From: Terriglobia bacterium
GTDB lineage: Bacteria > Acidobacteriota > Terriglobia > 20CM-2-55-15
Direction: 5' to 3'
NCBI GenBank assembly: GCA_965198225.1
Contig: CBDAOY010000005.1
Span: 736,001 to 800,000, forward strand
Length of the DNA stretch: 64,000 nucleotides
Shown one piece after another: positions 28,613 to 41,335 of the stretch. The notes under the pieces are model-generated. The model had not been told where the DNA came from, searched no databases, and was given only the letters and a program-made list of their open reading frames with translations. Position numbers and translations under genes: made by a program. Every line of letters begins with the position of its first letter. Within the stretch, counting starts at the first letter, position 1.

Positions 28613-29132
28613 ATGAGCAAGAAGAACATTGATCGAAGTGTGGAGTCAAGAGTCTGCTTTGAACAGCTGGAAGAGTGGGTGCGAGAGCAGATCCAGTTTT
28701 ACGTACAGGAACTGTTGGAGGATGAAGTGACACAGCTGCTGGGACGAAGAAAGAATGAGCGTCGCCGAGAAGTGGACGCACCCGGGGGCTATCGCAACGG
28801 CTACGGTAAGGAGCGGCGACTGACGCTGAGTTGCGGAACGATCAAGCTGCGGCGTCCCCGAGTGCGGGATCTGGAAGAGCGTTTTGAGAGCCGGGTCTTG
28901 CCGCTGTTTGCCAAGCGGACGCAAGAGGTACGAGACTTGATTCCAGAACTCTATTTGCATGGTCTGGCCGAGGGGGATTTCGATCTGGCCTTAAGAGGGC
29001 TTTTAGGGGAAGAAGCGCCGCTGTCCCCCAGCACCGTAGCCCGGTTGAAGGAGAAGTGGCAGGGAGAAATGGAGGCCTGGCAAAGCCGTCGGCTGGACGA
29101 TCTGGAAGTGGTGTATCTGTGGGCAGACGGTG
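28613..29132 (+). pseudogene. IS256 transposase, 5' half
   Basis: GYRNGY, LRRPRVRD, LYLHGLAEGDF, VYLWADG, cut at the catalytic DG motif. Confidence 0.9.
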
Positions 29133-29186
29133 CCTCAGTGGTCACTTCAAAACCGGCCAACGGGGATGGCCCGGGACGGTGTTGTT

Positions 29187-29942
29187 CTACCTCTTTGGGA
29201 CTGGACTCGGCAAGCCCGTTTTAGTCCTCCAACTCCGAGGGCCGCATTTGAGGATGTGGCCGTGATGGAGCAGCCGGTCCAGCATGGCTGTGACGGCGGC
29301 GCTATCACCCAGTAGTTTTCCCCAGTCTTGGACGGGTCGATTCGATGTCAGTAACGTACTGGTCCGTTCATAGCGTCGCATCACGATCTCGAGGAGTTCC
29401 TCTGCTGCAGTGGGAGGAAGCTTCCGCATCCCCAGATCGTCGATGATCAGCAGCGGGACCGTCGCCAAAGCTTCCATGCACTCCTTTCGGGTACCGTCAA
29501 TGGTGGCTTCGGCGATGTCGTCGAGAAGCGCATGAGTTTCACGGTAGACGACCCGATAGCCCTGCTCAATGGCAGCCAAGCCGATGGCCTGAGCCAGATG
29601 ACTCTTGCCGGTGCCAGGAGGACCGAGAAACAAGGCATCGTCGTGCCTGGAGATGAAGGCGCCCGTCGCCAGGTCGAAGACCAGACTACGATTCATCTTC
29701 TTGTTGAAAGTAAAGTCGAAGGAGTCGAGCGTCTTCTGGGGATCGCGGAACCGGGCCTGTTTCCGACGCCGTTCCAACAACCGGATGCTGCGACGGTCCA
29801 GTTCATCCGAGACCAGACGAGAGACCAAGTCGATCGGCGCCATGGCTTCGGTCTGGGCCTGGTGGAGGCGTGTTTCCAACACCTCGGCAATGCCGCCGAG
29901 CCGGAGTTGTCGGAGAGCCCGCTGGAGTTCGATCAGATTCAT
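29187..29942 (-). CDS. istB: IS21 helper ATPase IstB
   Basis: GPPGTGKSHLA, LLIIDDLG, LTSNRP, AMLDRLLHH. Confidence 0.95.
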   Translation of the reverse strand: MNLIELQRALRQLRLGGIAEVLETRLHQAQTEAMAPIDLVSRLVSDELDRRSIRLLERRRKQARFRDPQKTLDSFDFTFNKKMNRSLVFDLATGAFISRHDDALFLGPPGTGKSHLAQAIGLAAIEQGYRVVYRETHALLDDIAEATIDGTRKECMEALATVPLLIIDDLGMRKLPPTAAEELLEIVMRRYERTSTLLTSNRPVQDWGKLLGDSAAVTAMLDRLLHHGHILKCGPRSWRTKTGLPSPVPKR

Positions 29943-31579
29943 GAGTGTTCCTGCTCCTGGATTTTGAGGTTGATGAGATCGCGATACTGAGTCAGTTCGC
30001 GAATGAGAGGATCGACCTGACGCAGGGCGAGTGGAGGTCGCCGCTCCAGATAGCGGCGGACGAAACGATACTCGTAGACGTGGAGTTCCAGTGCCGCAGC
30101 CGAAGCATCCTCCACGGCGGAGACACCGTACTTCTTGGCCAGGGAGAGCACACCCAGGATGCGGCGGACCGCAGCTTCCCCTTGTCGGCGGTGAATGGCG
30201 TCACAGAGTGTGCCGATGTGGGTGCCAGCGCGGCGGGCTCGGGCCAGCAGTTGCACCGTCGTTAACGGGGTTTTCTTCGGGTTGTCTTCAGCACGGACAC
30301 GGTATCCACCCCGCTTCTGGCGGACATGCTCGCGGAGGAGTGGATAGGTGTTTGGGTCCAGGATCCGGACGTGAAGCGTGTCCCACTGGACCTTGACACC
30401 CCGTCCGATCCAGCCCGGCGGTACACTGTAATAGGCGGCTTCGACTTCGACGCAACCGTCGAGATGGACGACACGTTCACCGAATTGGTAATAGCGAAAC
30501 GGTTCGATCGGCAGCGGCTTAAGAGATGGTTTCTCTTCGGCGAACATGGCCGCCACCTGCCGCTTGGTCGTGCCGTGGATGCGGGTGTCGGCCCATCGGA
30601 CTTCCCAGCGATCCAGATACCCCTGGGCCTGGTCGAGGCTCTCGAAGCGCTGTCCCTTCAATGGGGTCTTCTGGGCGTGCCCGACACCGGATTCGACTTT
30701 GCCTTTGCGGTCTGGATCGCGCACCCGGCATGGCATGGCCACCACGCCGTAATGGGTCAGGACATCTCGAAACAACGGATTCAGGGTGGGGTCGTAATGG
30801 TCCGGGACGATCACGCCTTCGCGCAGGTTATCCAGCACGATGAGGCGGGGAGTGCCGCCGAGTCGGCGGAACGCGGTCTCGTGCAACTGGGCCCAGATGC
30901 GGGAACTGGACTTGAACGTCAGCAGCCGGACCGATTTGCGGCTGTAGCCCAACGTCATCACGAACAGCCGCGTCCGTCGGTACTTGCCCGTCTTCGGATC
31001 CCGGACCATCGGTCCGGTCCCGTAGTCGACCTGCGCTTCCTCTCCAGCTCCGGTCTGGATGATTCCGACCGCTTCCGGGGATCGCACTCCCCGGAGTTTG
31101 CGAACGAAACGCTTGACCGATTCGTAGCTGCCGACAAAACCGTGATCCGTGACCAGGTCCTGCCAGATCGCCATCGCGTTGCGGCCACGCTCCAGCGCCT
31201 GTTGGATGGTCTCCCGGTACGGCTCGCAGGAACTGCCCGACGGTGGGCTTGGAGGGGGAGCCGACGACTCTGCCGAGACCGGATTCTCGGCCTCCGGGTC
31301 GGTGGTCACTTCGTTGGCCGGTTTTGAAGTATCGGAACCGCCAAACCCCTCAACGACACCATTTACGCCGTCCGGGTCGGTGGTCACCTCGTTGGCCGGT
31401 TTTGCCGGTCGCCGGCCCCAACTCCCGGGCGGCCGAATGGGGATTCCGGCCGCTCTCAGATACGCACTGGCCGTCTCACGACGCACGCCGGTGGTCTGTT
31501 CGATCCGACGCAGCGGCCATCCAAGCCGCCCCAATGCAACAACTTGCTCTCTCTTTTCTGTGCTCAAGACATTGCTCAT
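29939..31579 (-). CDS. istA: IS21 transposase IstA
   Basis: GEEAQVDYG, VLDNLREGV, RKGKVESGV, RIHGTT, YYSVP. Overlaps the istB start. Confidence 0.95.
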   Translation of the reverse strand: MSNVLSTEKREQVVALGRLGWPLRRIEQTTGVRRETASAYLRAAGIPIRPPGSWGRRPAKPANEVTTDPDGVNGVVEGFGGSDTSKPANEVTTDPEAENPVSAESSAPPPSPPSGSSCEPYRETIQQALERGRNAMAIWQDLVTDHGFVGSYESVKRFVRKLRGVRSPEAVGIIQTGAGEEAQVDYGTGPMVRDPKTGKYRRTRLFVMTLGYSRKSVRLLTFKSSSRIWAQLHETAFRRLGGTPRLIVLDNLREGVIVPDHYDPTLNPLFRDVLTHYGVVAMPCRVRDPDRKGKVESGVGHAQKTPLKGQRFESLDQAQGYLDRWEVRWADTRIHGTTKRQVAAMFAEEKPSLKPLPIEPFRYYQFGERVVHLDGCVEVEAAYYSVPPGWIGRGVKVQWDTLHVRILDPNTYPLLREHVRQKRGGYRVRAEDNPKKTPLTTVQLLARARRAGTHIGTLCDAIHRRQGEAAVRRILGVLSLAKKYGVSAVEDASAAALELHVYEYRFVRRYLERRPPLALRQVDPLIRELTQYRDLINLKIQEQEHS

Positions 31580-31695
31580 GCCGACGGAGCCTGTTTCGGC
31601 TTCCCGTCGGTGTCAATGTCCCGGGCTTATCTATGTTCGTTGGCCGGTTTTCAGGTGACCACCATTGGCCGGTTTTGGGTGACCGCCGAGGGGTG

Positions 31696-32420
31696 TGTAC
31701 ATCAAAGCAGGGCTGGAGAAGGAAAAGGCCGTGATCCTGGTAGTGATCGCCGCTTTAAGTGATGGCACTAAAGTGGTGGTGTCGGTCAGTAGTGGTTATC
31801 GAGAATCGACCCAGAGCTGGTCCGAAGTGCTGAGGGATCTCAAAGAGCGGGGGATGAACCCACCGAGACTGGTGATGGCTGACGGGCATCTGGGGATCTG
31901 GGGAGCGTTGCGCAACGTTTTCCCAGAAGCCGACGAGCAGAGATGCTGGAATCATCGCATCGTCAACTTGCTGGCTAAGATCCCCAAGGGTCGGCACAAA
32001 GCGGCGTTGTTGATGTTGCGGCAGATCCCTTATGCAGAAACACGGCAGGAAGCCGAGCAAGTCAAAGGACGATTCCAACATTGGTGTGGCAAGAGAGGAC
32101 TGGAGGCAGCGGCTGATCTGATCGACCAGGACTGGGATCGGATGGTGACGTTTTACAACTATCCCAAACAGCAGTGGCAACATCTGCGGACTACCAATCC
32201 AGTGGAGTCTCCCTTCTCTGCTCTGCGACTGCGAACCGATGCCTCTCGAAGGTTCAAGAAAGTGGCCAACGCACGGGCTGTCATCTGGAAGATGCTGCTG
32301 GTCGCTGAGAAAAGATTTCGCCGTTTGAAGGCTCCGCACTTGATGAAGGATGTCTACCAAGGCGCCCAATATGTCAATGGAGTTCCAGTCAACCAAGTCA
32401 CCGAGGAGAAAGCCGCCTGA
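31696..32420 (+). pseudogene. IS256 transposase, 3' half
   Basis: ESTQSW, ADGHLGIWGAL, QRCWNH, LRTTNPVESPF. Confidence 0.9.
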
Positions 32421-32442
32421 TGTCTATTTACACACTTATTGA

Positions 32443-34812
<2,370 letters not shown>

Positions 34813-35143
34813 TGGTAAGGTCTTAGCGAGAGTAAGTGCTTCAGGGCCGCTGAAAAGCAGCTCACATTGGGCGCCGGGTCAGGAAATAACATGGTGCAAT
34901 TAATCCCATGTTCATAAACGGCTTGACTTCCCACTCCTAAAGGCACTGGTGAAGCCTCTATGGCCCGGCTCTGAGGGCATACTCGCGCACAAGCATGTCG
35001 GCCGGAAGGTTCCATTCAGCCGACAAGCCGGATCATTGGCAGGGTCAGCGGACGGCGACGGTTGAGCACCTCCGAGGCATGAGACTGGGATCCGATCAGG
35101 ACGCCGAGGTCCTTTTGCCGGAGGTTGCAGGCCTCCATTGAGC

Positions 35144-35265
35144 ATGTCAGGTTGATGTATACCCTAAACTGATGTCAAGCAACCCCCCGAATCGCGTCGA
35201 ACTAGGCTCGTGTGTTGCATTGATTTACACGCCCCGCCCACGGTCTTAGATTCTTTATTGACAGA
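35144..35265 (+). promoter_or_regulatory. Tn21-like res site upstream of tnpR
   Basis: ATGTCAGGTTGATGTATACCCTAAACTGATGTCA resembles Tn21-type res subsite I; further AT-rich half-sites end at TTATTGACA. Confidence 0.65.
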
Positions 35266-35285
35266 TTCGCAGCAGGAGGAACGCC

Positions 35286-35845
35286 GTGCCAGGCCAACGC
35301 ATCGCCTACGTCCGGGTGAGCAGCATCGACCCGAACCCGGAACGCCAACTGGAGCAGCTCCCCCTCGACCAGGTCTTTACCGACCAGGCTTCGGGCAGGG
35401 ACACAGAGCGTCCGGAACTGGAACGGCTGCTCGCCTTCGTGCGCAAAACCGACACGGTGGTGGTCCACAGCATGGATCGGCTGGCTCGCAACCTGGACGA
35501 CCTGCGGCGCATCGTGGGCACGCTGACCGGGCGCGGCGTACGCATCGAGTTCGTCAAGGAGAACCTGACCTTCACCGGCGAGGACTCCCCGATGGAGGAC
35601 CTCATGCTGTCGGTCATGGGGGCCTTCGCCGAGTTCGAGCGGGCCTTGCTCCGGGAACGGCAGCGCGAAGGCATCGCCCTAGCCAAGCAGCGCGGGGCCT
35701 ACCGGGGCCGCAAGAAAACGCTCGCGCCGGCGCAGGCGGCCCAGCTCCGCCAACGGGTCCCGGTCGGAGAGGGAAAGACCCGGCTGGCCCGCGAGTTCGG
35801 CATCAGCCGGCAAACCCTCTACAAATACCTGCGCACAGAAGACTG
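35286..35845 (+). CDS. tnpR: Serine resolvase TnpR (Tn21-like); normal stop lost, ORF reads on to 36392
   Basis: AYVRVSS, DTVVVHSMDRLARNLDDL, MGAFAEFERALLRERQREGI, HTH LAREFGISRQTLYKYL. Confidence 0.88.
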
Positions 35846-35885
35846 CCGATGCCTGACCGCAGCTTGCGGACACCCGCTGCGCGGG

Positions 35886-36374
35886 CTATTTGGGATCCGT
35901 GTCCTTGGCCGCAAGGATGGCGCGGGCCTGTTGGGTGAGGAGTTCCTTCTCTTTGGGCGTAAACCGGATATCTCCGCTGACCCACTTGGTGAGAGCAGCG
36001 AGATCCCGGGTGGCGATCTCGGTGATGCGCATCTCCTCACCCCGAAGAGTGATGGAAATGGCTCCAGCAATCTCAATCGCTTGCTGGCACTCCCGGATGG
36101 ATATCGTTGGCGGGAGAGGAGGAAACCGCTCGAGGAACTGGCGTTCGTCTTCTGCAATGATGGCGCGCGCCTTCCGGGTGAGTTCTTCCCGGCTGGCGCG
36201 CGGAAGCCGGATATCTCCGCAGATCCAGTTCTTCCCATGGACGCGGAGGGCTCTGGTGATGAGCACCTGCTCCCCACGGATCATCACAGGGATGCCAACA
36301 CCGGCGGTTGCGCTCGCCCTTTCCACGAGAGAAATCGCCCTTTGGCAAGTTCCGATGGATATTCTCGGTTTCAT
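35886..36374 (-). CDS. Hypothetical RepA-coupled protein with an internal two-fold repeat
   Basis: ATGA overlap with the repA stop; homologues at 45067 and 63197; two copies of ISIxxCQxAI...RGE...IT...WxxGDIR...ELTxxARAI. Confidence 0.7.
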   Translation of the reverse strand: MKPRISIGTCQRAISLVERASATAGVGIPVMIRGEQVLITRALRVHGKNWICGDIRLPRASREELTRKARAIIAEDERQFLERFPPLPPTISIRECQQAIEIAGAISITLRGEEMRITEIATRDLAALTKWVSGDIRFTPKEKELLTQQARAILAAKDTDPK

Positions 36375-37372
36375 CCTTCCGCCGTGGGGTGAACCCTCGA
36401 AGCTTTTTCTACAAGCGAAAGCTGCTGAACCGGAGCGATGGCCGGGGCCGAAGGCAACAGGATCAGGACGCCCGGAGCCGTGGTGTAGTTCAACTCCGGC
36501 CAGGCCAGCTTGATCTTCTTCAACTCACGCAGAACATTTTGGCGGAAGCTCCGAACGATGAATTTGTCGCTGGCTTTGGCCGGAGCCGTCCCGAACTGGC
36601 CGTACAGCTGCGGCCAAGGGATGTGGAGCGGAGCGCGCAATGTGGAGATCCGGTAGGCCACCCACAGGTAGAGATCGAGGCACAGCGAAGAGCTTTTGAG
36701 GGCCGTGAGGGTGTTCATGTCGAGCGGCACCGGGCGGTTGACAATCTCATTGAACAAGTCTTCGCTGAGTTCGATCTTGCTCTCCCACAGCATCGGCACA
36801 TCGAGACGCTTCGGATCCCACCAGAGCTCGGTGCGGGCGGCGATCCGCGAGTTTACGGTGGCCTTGCCGCGCTCATCCGAGTAGATCAGCGAAACGTGTG
36901 CGTTGAACAGGCGGTCCATCTGGTTGCAGAGCCTCGATTGGGTTCTCCCGTCAGTGCTGGTGATACCCAGCTTGCGCATGAACTCGGAAAGCGAAGAACC
37001 GAGGATCAGCACATGGCTTTGAGTGCGTACCGCCTCCGTGCAAAGCCAAGCCAGCAGCAGGCGGGAAATATTTCCGTAGGGGAGTTTGGTCTCACCGCTT
37101 GAAAATATGACCAGCTTGTACGTGCCGTTGAGGCGTTGGTATTCCTTCTGGTTGCCGGGGTTGGCGCGGGGCAAGCTGCACAACGCCAGCATTCGCGCCA
37201 TGAAACCCATATCGGGGTCTCTTTCGCTGACCCCGATCAACTGGTCCACTTGATCGGCAATGGTGAAGCTCCGCCGCCGCGGCGGTGATGGGCGGAGCTC
37301 CTGGCCCGGCCCGTCATCCAGGCCGGAGAGGGCATCACCGATCGGAACCAATCCGTCTCGCTTACGCTTCAT
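36371..37372 (-). CDS. repA: Plasmid replication initiator RepA (RepA_C / IncW-like family)
   Basis: GFMARMLALCSLP, LPYGNISRLLLAWLCTEAVRT, LGSSLSEFMRKLG, QMDRLF, VPLDMNTLTALKSSSLCLDLYLW. Confidence 0.85.
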   Translation of the reverse strand: MKRKRDGLVPIGDALSGLDDGPGQELRPSPPRRRSFTIADQVDQLIGVSERDPDMGFMARMLALCSLPRANPGNQKEYQRLNGTYKLVIFSSGETKLPYGNISRLLLAWLCTEAVRTQSHVLILGSSLSEFMRKLGITSTDGRTQSRLCNQMDRLFNAHVSLIYSDERGKATVNSRIAARTELWWDPKRLDVPMLWESKIELSEDLFNEIVNRPVPLDMNTLTALKSSSLCLDLYLWVAYRISTLRAPLHIPWPQLYGQFGTAPAKASDKFIVRSFRQNVLRELKKIKLAWPELNYTTAPGVLILLPSAPAIAPVQQLSLVEKASRVHPTAEG

Positions 37373-37573
37373 GGCTTTTCATTCTCCCGTGTTCCCGGAC
37401 AAGGCAGGGGAACCACGGGCGTCTATTCCCGGACCCCGAGCGGCAGCCGTGCGAAAAATTACTCTAAGGGTCCGTGTGTGACCCTCCTGGAGTAATTCCC
37501 GCCACCGCTTCCGCTATATGAGAAGCGCCAGTTCTGCGGGGTGTCCAACGTCAATCAAAATTCCCGCCCCTAA

Positions 37574-38830
37574 CCCGACTTCCGCGGTTCTCCCGATTTT
37601 CATCTAATTCCATTTGGAGCACGAATCGCGTTTGTTTTCTGTGCCTTGACCTCCTGGGTGGGCGTGTAGTGCCGACCCCCTTGATTAGTTTTTCGGATAT
37701 GCCGACGATGCGTGCATGTTCGTGCGCTGCAAGAAGCGATTCAAGGACGGCAAGGAGCACCGCTACTGGAGTGTCGTCGAGAGCAGCTTCTCTATCTCGG
37801 GAGAGCCACGGTGGTGCCGCTCGATCGAGGTTCTCAGCGGCGGCGCGGCGCTGCAGCAGATCTGTTTCCCGGACCCCGCGCCGGTGTTGGATTGCGGCAG
37901 CCGTGCAAATCCAGCTCGACAAACTGGAACTGCGCGATCCGCGCCAGTGGGGCGCCTGCTGGCTGGCGCTGGCGTTGTGGGACCGTCTCGGGCTGGACCG
38001 TTTCTGGGGCCCGCGGCTGCCGCCCAGCCGCAAGGGCACCCGATGGCTCGATATCCTCAAGGTGCAGGTCTGTTATCACCTGTGTGACCTGGTATGAACA
38101 CAGCTCCTGGAGTGACCGCGTGATCTCCGAACCGCTTCCCGCCACCGAGTTCTTCTCTTCCTCAAGGCGCGCCGCCCTATGTTCTGCTCTACGATCTGAC
38201 CAGAAGCGCCCTTGGCGGGCAAACGCCAGTTCGGCTACAGCGAAAGCGTCTGCGGGGTGTCCAACGTCAATCGCAATTCCCGACCCCTGGATCATGGATC
38301 GCGGTTCGAGGAGACCCTGGCCAGTGCGCGCCGCCTCGGGCCTGCGATCAAGCTTCCGTCGCTGGTCCGTAGCGAAAAACGGATCTCGAAGGAACGAGCA
38401 TGCGGCGGCGAGAAGAAGCTTCCCGATTCATGACCTGCAGCGACAATCCCTCAGCCGGGATGCGTTGCTGATCAAGCTGGGCGCCGCAAAGAAGGAGGCC
38501 ACGCGCCGTCGAGCCTGTGGGCTTTGCCTTCAACGTGGTAAAGCCGCAGGCTTTTCCAAGCAGCGGCGTTCAAGGAACTCAAGCATCCGTGTTGCCTTTC
38601 GCCTGGTGCCTGCATCACCCTAACCCTCATCCGCCCCCACGCCCCGGGGCTGACACCCCGCGCAATCCTCGACACATTCTCGACCATACAGATGCGGCGT
38701 TGTTCATGTTCCACGGCGCCACCTCGTCCGCCGCTACACCCAACCCAACAGGGACCATCTCTTGCTGCTGCATCATTTTTTGCCGCAACAGCCGACACCG
38801 CGCATCGCCGTCCTGCCACGGCCCCGATCG
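37574..38830 (+). pseudogene. Heavily deleted IS1634-like transposase remnant mixed with IS21 end pieces
   Basis: MFVRCKKRFKDGKEHRYWSVVES, RQWGACWLALALWDRLGLDRFW, SRDALLIKLGAAKKEA, GLTPRAILDTFSTIQM, RYTQP, LPQQPTPRI in shifting frames. Confidence 0.65.
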
Positions 38831-38856
38831 CCGACAGCCTTGTCGATTTCTTTGCG

Positions 38857-39642
38857 GAGTTTCCTTCACCGTCGAGCCTGTGGGAAACGTGGTAAAGCCG
38901 CATGCGGTGGGAATCCGTGTTTTTGCGGATTTCCACGGAGGCGTTTTCCACAGGCGCGTCGCCATCATTTTTTTCGTCCTTTCGATTTCTTTGCGGCTTC
39001 CATGCGGTAGCTGGAGAGATTCAATTCCAGAATGACGCTGTGGTATACGAGGCGGTCAATCGCTGCCGCGGTGGTCATCGGGTCCTTGAAGATCTTTTCC
39101 CAGTCGGAAAAGACCAGGTTCGAGGTGATCAGAATACTGCGACGTTCGTACCGATGGGCGAGCAGAGTGAAGAGCACCGCCATCTCCTCACGGCTGTGCT
39201 GCACGTAACCAATGTCATCGACGATGAGAGCGTCGAACTTGTCGAGTCGCTTCAGTTCCTTCTCGAGCGCGAGCTCGGCCTTGGCTCGCAAGAGCCGCTG
39301 GACTAACAGCGCACATGGAGTGAAGTAGATTCTCCGACCCTTCAGTATCAGTTCGTGGCCGAGGGCACAGAGCAGATGGGTCTTGCCGCTGCCCGGGTTA
39401 CCGAAAGCCAGAACGTTCTCGGTGCGATCCAGAAAGTCTCCCTCGAGCAATGTATCGACGCGTCGATGGACGGTTCGGGGTAGTCGTGATCGTTCAAACG
39501 CCGACCAGGTCTTCTCTCTGGGCAGCTTCGACTCTCGCAGGAGCCGTTCGGTCTTTCGTTGTCGGCGTTCTTCCAGTTCCAGCTCACAGAGCGTCAGCAG
39601 GTAGCGATCGTAGGGCCAGCCGTCATTGGTGGCCAAAGCGGC
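38857..39642 (-). pseudogene. istB: IS21-family remnant: IstB lacking N-terminus plus structured 3' end
   Basis: GNPGSGKTHLL, IVDDIGY, RYERRSILITSNL, TAAAIDRLVYHS. Confidence 0.85.
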
Positions 39643-39804
39643 CTGAAGAAGGATGGATGGTCGGTTCTGATCATTTGGGAATGCCAGACGCAACCTTCCA
39701 ATCTGGATCGACTGGCATCGCGCATCGTTGCGTTTCTCGAGAACCCGACGATGTTGGCGCCCAGGGCACGGGTTGATCGTTGCGAGGACGAGCTGGGCGC
39801 ATGA
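39643..39804 (+). pseudogene. vsr: Vsr (very-short-patch repair endonuclease) C-terminal fragment
   Basis: LKKDGWSVLIIWECQ matches the Vsr GWxVLxxWEC motif. Stop overlaps the next ATG (ATGA). Confidence 0.6.
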
Positions 39805-41195
39805 CACCTAACCAAATTCGAGCTGCGGCCGCGAGGAGCGAGTCCGAAACATTGGAGTTCAAGCACACGACAGGAACGCGCCGCGAGGCGGCCCAAACCG
39901 TGTGCGCCATGCTCAACCAACGCGGTGGGCACGTGCTGTTCGGTGTCACACCGATCGGAGATGTGGTCGGCCAACAGGTGAGCGAACGAACGATTGAGGA
40001 AGTGAGTGCCGAGATCCAACGGGTCGATCCGCCGGCATTCCCGGAGATCGAGCGGGTTCAGGTAGCGGGAGGTCTTGAGGTGATCGCGGTTCGCGTGAAT
40101 CAGGACTCCGCGCGGCCATACCAGTACAGGGGAACCGCCTATCGCCGCGTTGGCAACACCACGGTCGCCATGTCAGCCGACGAGTACAACCGCATGCTCT
40201 TCGAGCGCATGCACAGCGAGCAACGCTGGGAGAACCAACCCGCGACCGGATGGTCGGTCGAAGATCTCGACGTCTCGGAGATCCGACGCACGGTCACGGA
40301 GGCGGTCCGCCGAGGCCGACTAGAGGACCCGGGGACCCAGGAGCCAGCTGAGTTGCTGCGCGGCCTGGGGCTTTTCCGGGACGGGGTCTTGTGGCGCGCG
40401 GCCGTGGTGCTGTTCGGCAACACCGAGCACATCGAGTTCGAGATTCCGCAGTGCCTGCTCCGTGTCGCTCGTTTTCGGGGCATCGACCGCACGGAGTTTC
40501 TGGACAATCGACAATTCCACGGCAACGCCTTCACCCTCCTCTCGAATGCGGAACGCTTCCTGCGCGAGACCTTGCCCATCGCCGGGCGGATCGAGTCGGA
40601 TCGTATTGAGAGGATCGACGAGCCGCTCTACCCACCGCTGGCGACGCGGGAGTCGCTGGCAAACGCCCTGTGTCATCGCGATTACTCCATTGGCGGTGGC
40701 TCTGTTGGCGTCGCGGTCTACGACGACCGCCTGGAGGTGACCTCCTCGGGCACACTGCACTTCGGGTTGACCCCGGAGAAGCTGTTCGCGCCGCATGAGT
40801 CCTTGCCCTGGAACCCGCTGATCGCTCGCACCTTCTATCGGCGTGGCATCATCGAGGAATGGGGCCGCGGGACGCTCAAGATAGCTGAGTTGACGACTTC
40901 CGCAGGCCTTCCTCGTCCCGAGATCGAGGATTCTGGAGGATGCGTGACGGTATGCTTCCGCCACGGTCAGTTCATGCCGCCCCAACGAGACATAAGCGAC
41001 CTCACAGAACGGCAGCGGGCGATACTTGAACTGCTAAATCAGTCAGATCGAGCCTTGGCGTTGCGGGAAATCCGCTCGCAGTTGGGGCCGCAAACCAATG
41101 AGCGGCGACTGCGGGAAGACCTCGCCATTCTAAAAACTCGGGGACTGGCTAGATCCACGGGTCGCGGCCGGGGGGCGCGTTGGAACCACGTGTAA
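39801..41195 (+). CDS. AlbA_2 (Schlafen-like) domain + RecG-C/HATPase_c_4 + winged HTH protein
   Basis: ESETLEFK, CAMLNQRGGHVLFGV, RESLANALCHRDY, DDRLEVTSSG, WNPLIA, IEEWGRG, C-terminal HTH. Confidence 0.85.
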   Translation: MTPNQIRAAAARSESETLEFKHTTGTRREAAQTVCAMLNQRGGHVLFGVTPIGDVVGQQVSERTIEEVSAEIQRVDPPAFPEIERVQVAGGLEVIAVRVNQDSARPYQYRGTAYRRVGNTTVAMSADEYNRMLFERMHSEQRWENQPATGWSVEDLDVSEIRRTVTEAVRRGRLEDPGTQEPAELLRGLGLFRDGVLWRAAVVLFGNTEHIEFEIPQCLLRVARFRGIDRTEFLDNRQFHGNAFTLLSNAERFLRETLPIAGRIESDRIERIDEPLYPPLATRESLANALCHRDYSIGGGSVGVAVYDDRLEVTSSGTLHFGLTPEKLFAPHESLPWNPLIARTFYRRGIIEEWGRGTLKIAELTTSAGLPRPEIEDSGGCVTVCFRHGQFMPPQRDISDLTERQRAILELLNQSDRALALREIRSQLGPQTNERRLREDLAILKTRGLARSTGRGRGARWNHV

Positions 41196-41335
41196 TACCT
41201 TGGGTTGGCTTATTCTGGCTTATTCTGGCTTATACCAGCGGCAACACAGGGGCGCCGCATGCCACGGCGCCGCAGGCTTCCGAACTCATGGATGATTCCG
41301 GGCGCGATCCCACGGAAAATACTGGCTGACAGCCT

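Larger units (their letters stand above)
29133..31691 (-). mobile_element. IS21-family element (istA-istB), intact
   Basis: Ends CCTCAGTGGTCAC / GTGACCGCCGAGG; 4-bp TSD GGTG (29129-29132, 31692-31695). Excision restores IS256 GAC GGT GTG TAC (DGVY). Confidence 0.92.
35562..37573. repeat. Left arm of a ~2 kb near-perfect inverted duplication (partner 61998-64000+)
   Basis: Identical 333-aa RepA on opposite strands; downstream ORF differs by a 9-bp indel; both include the IS21-type end TGTCCAACGTCAATC. Confidence 0.93.

Noticed and set aside
35846-36392. C-terminal extension of TnpR as a new domain
   Set aside because: It is the antisense of the RepA-coupled ORF. The same antisense frame exists at 44932-45483 without a resolvase.
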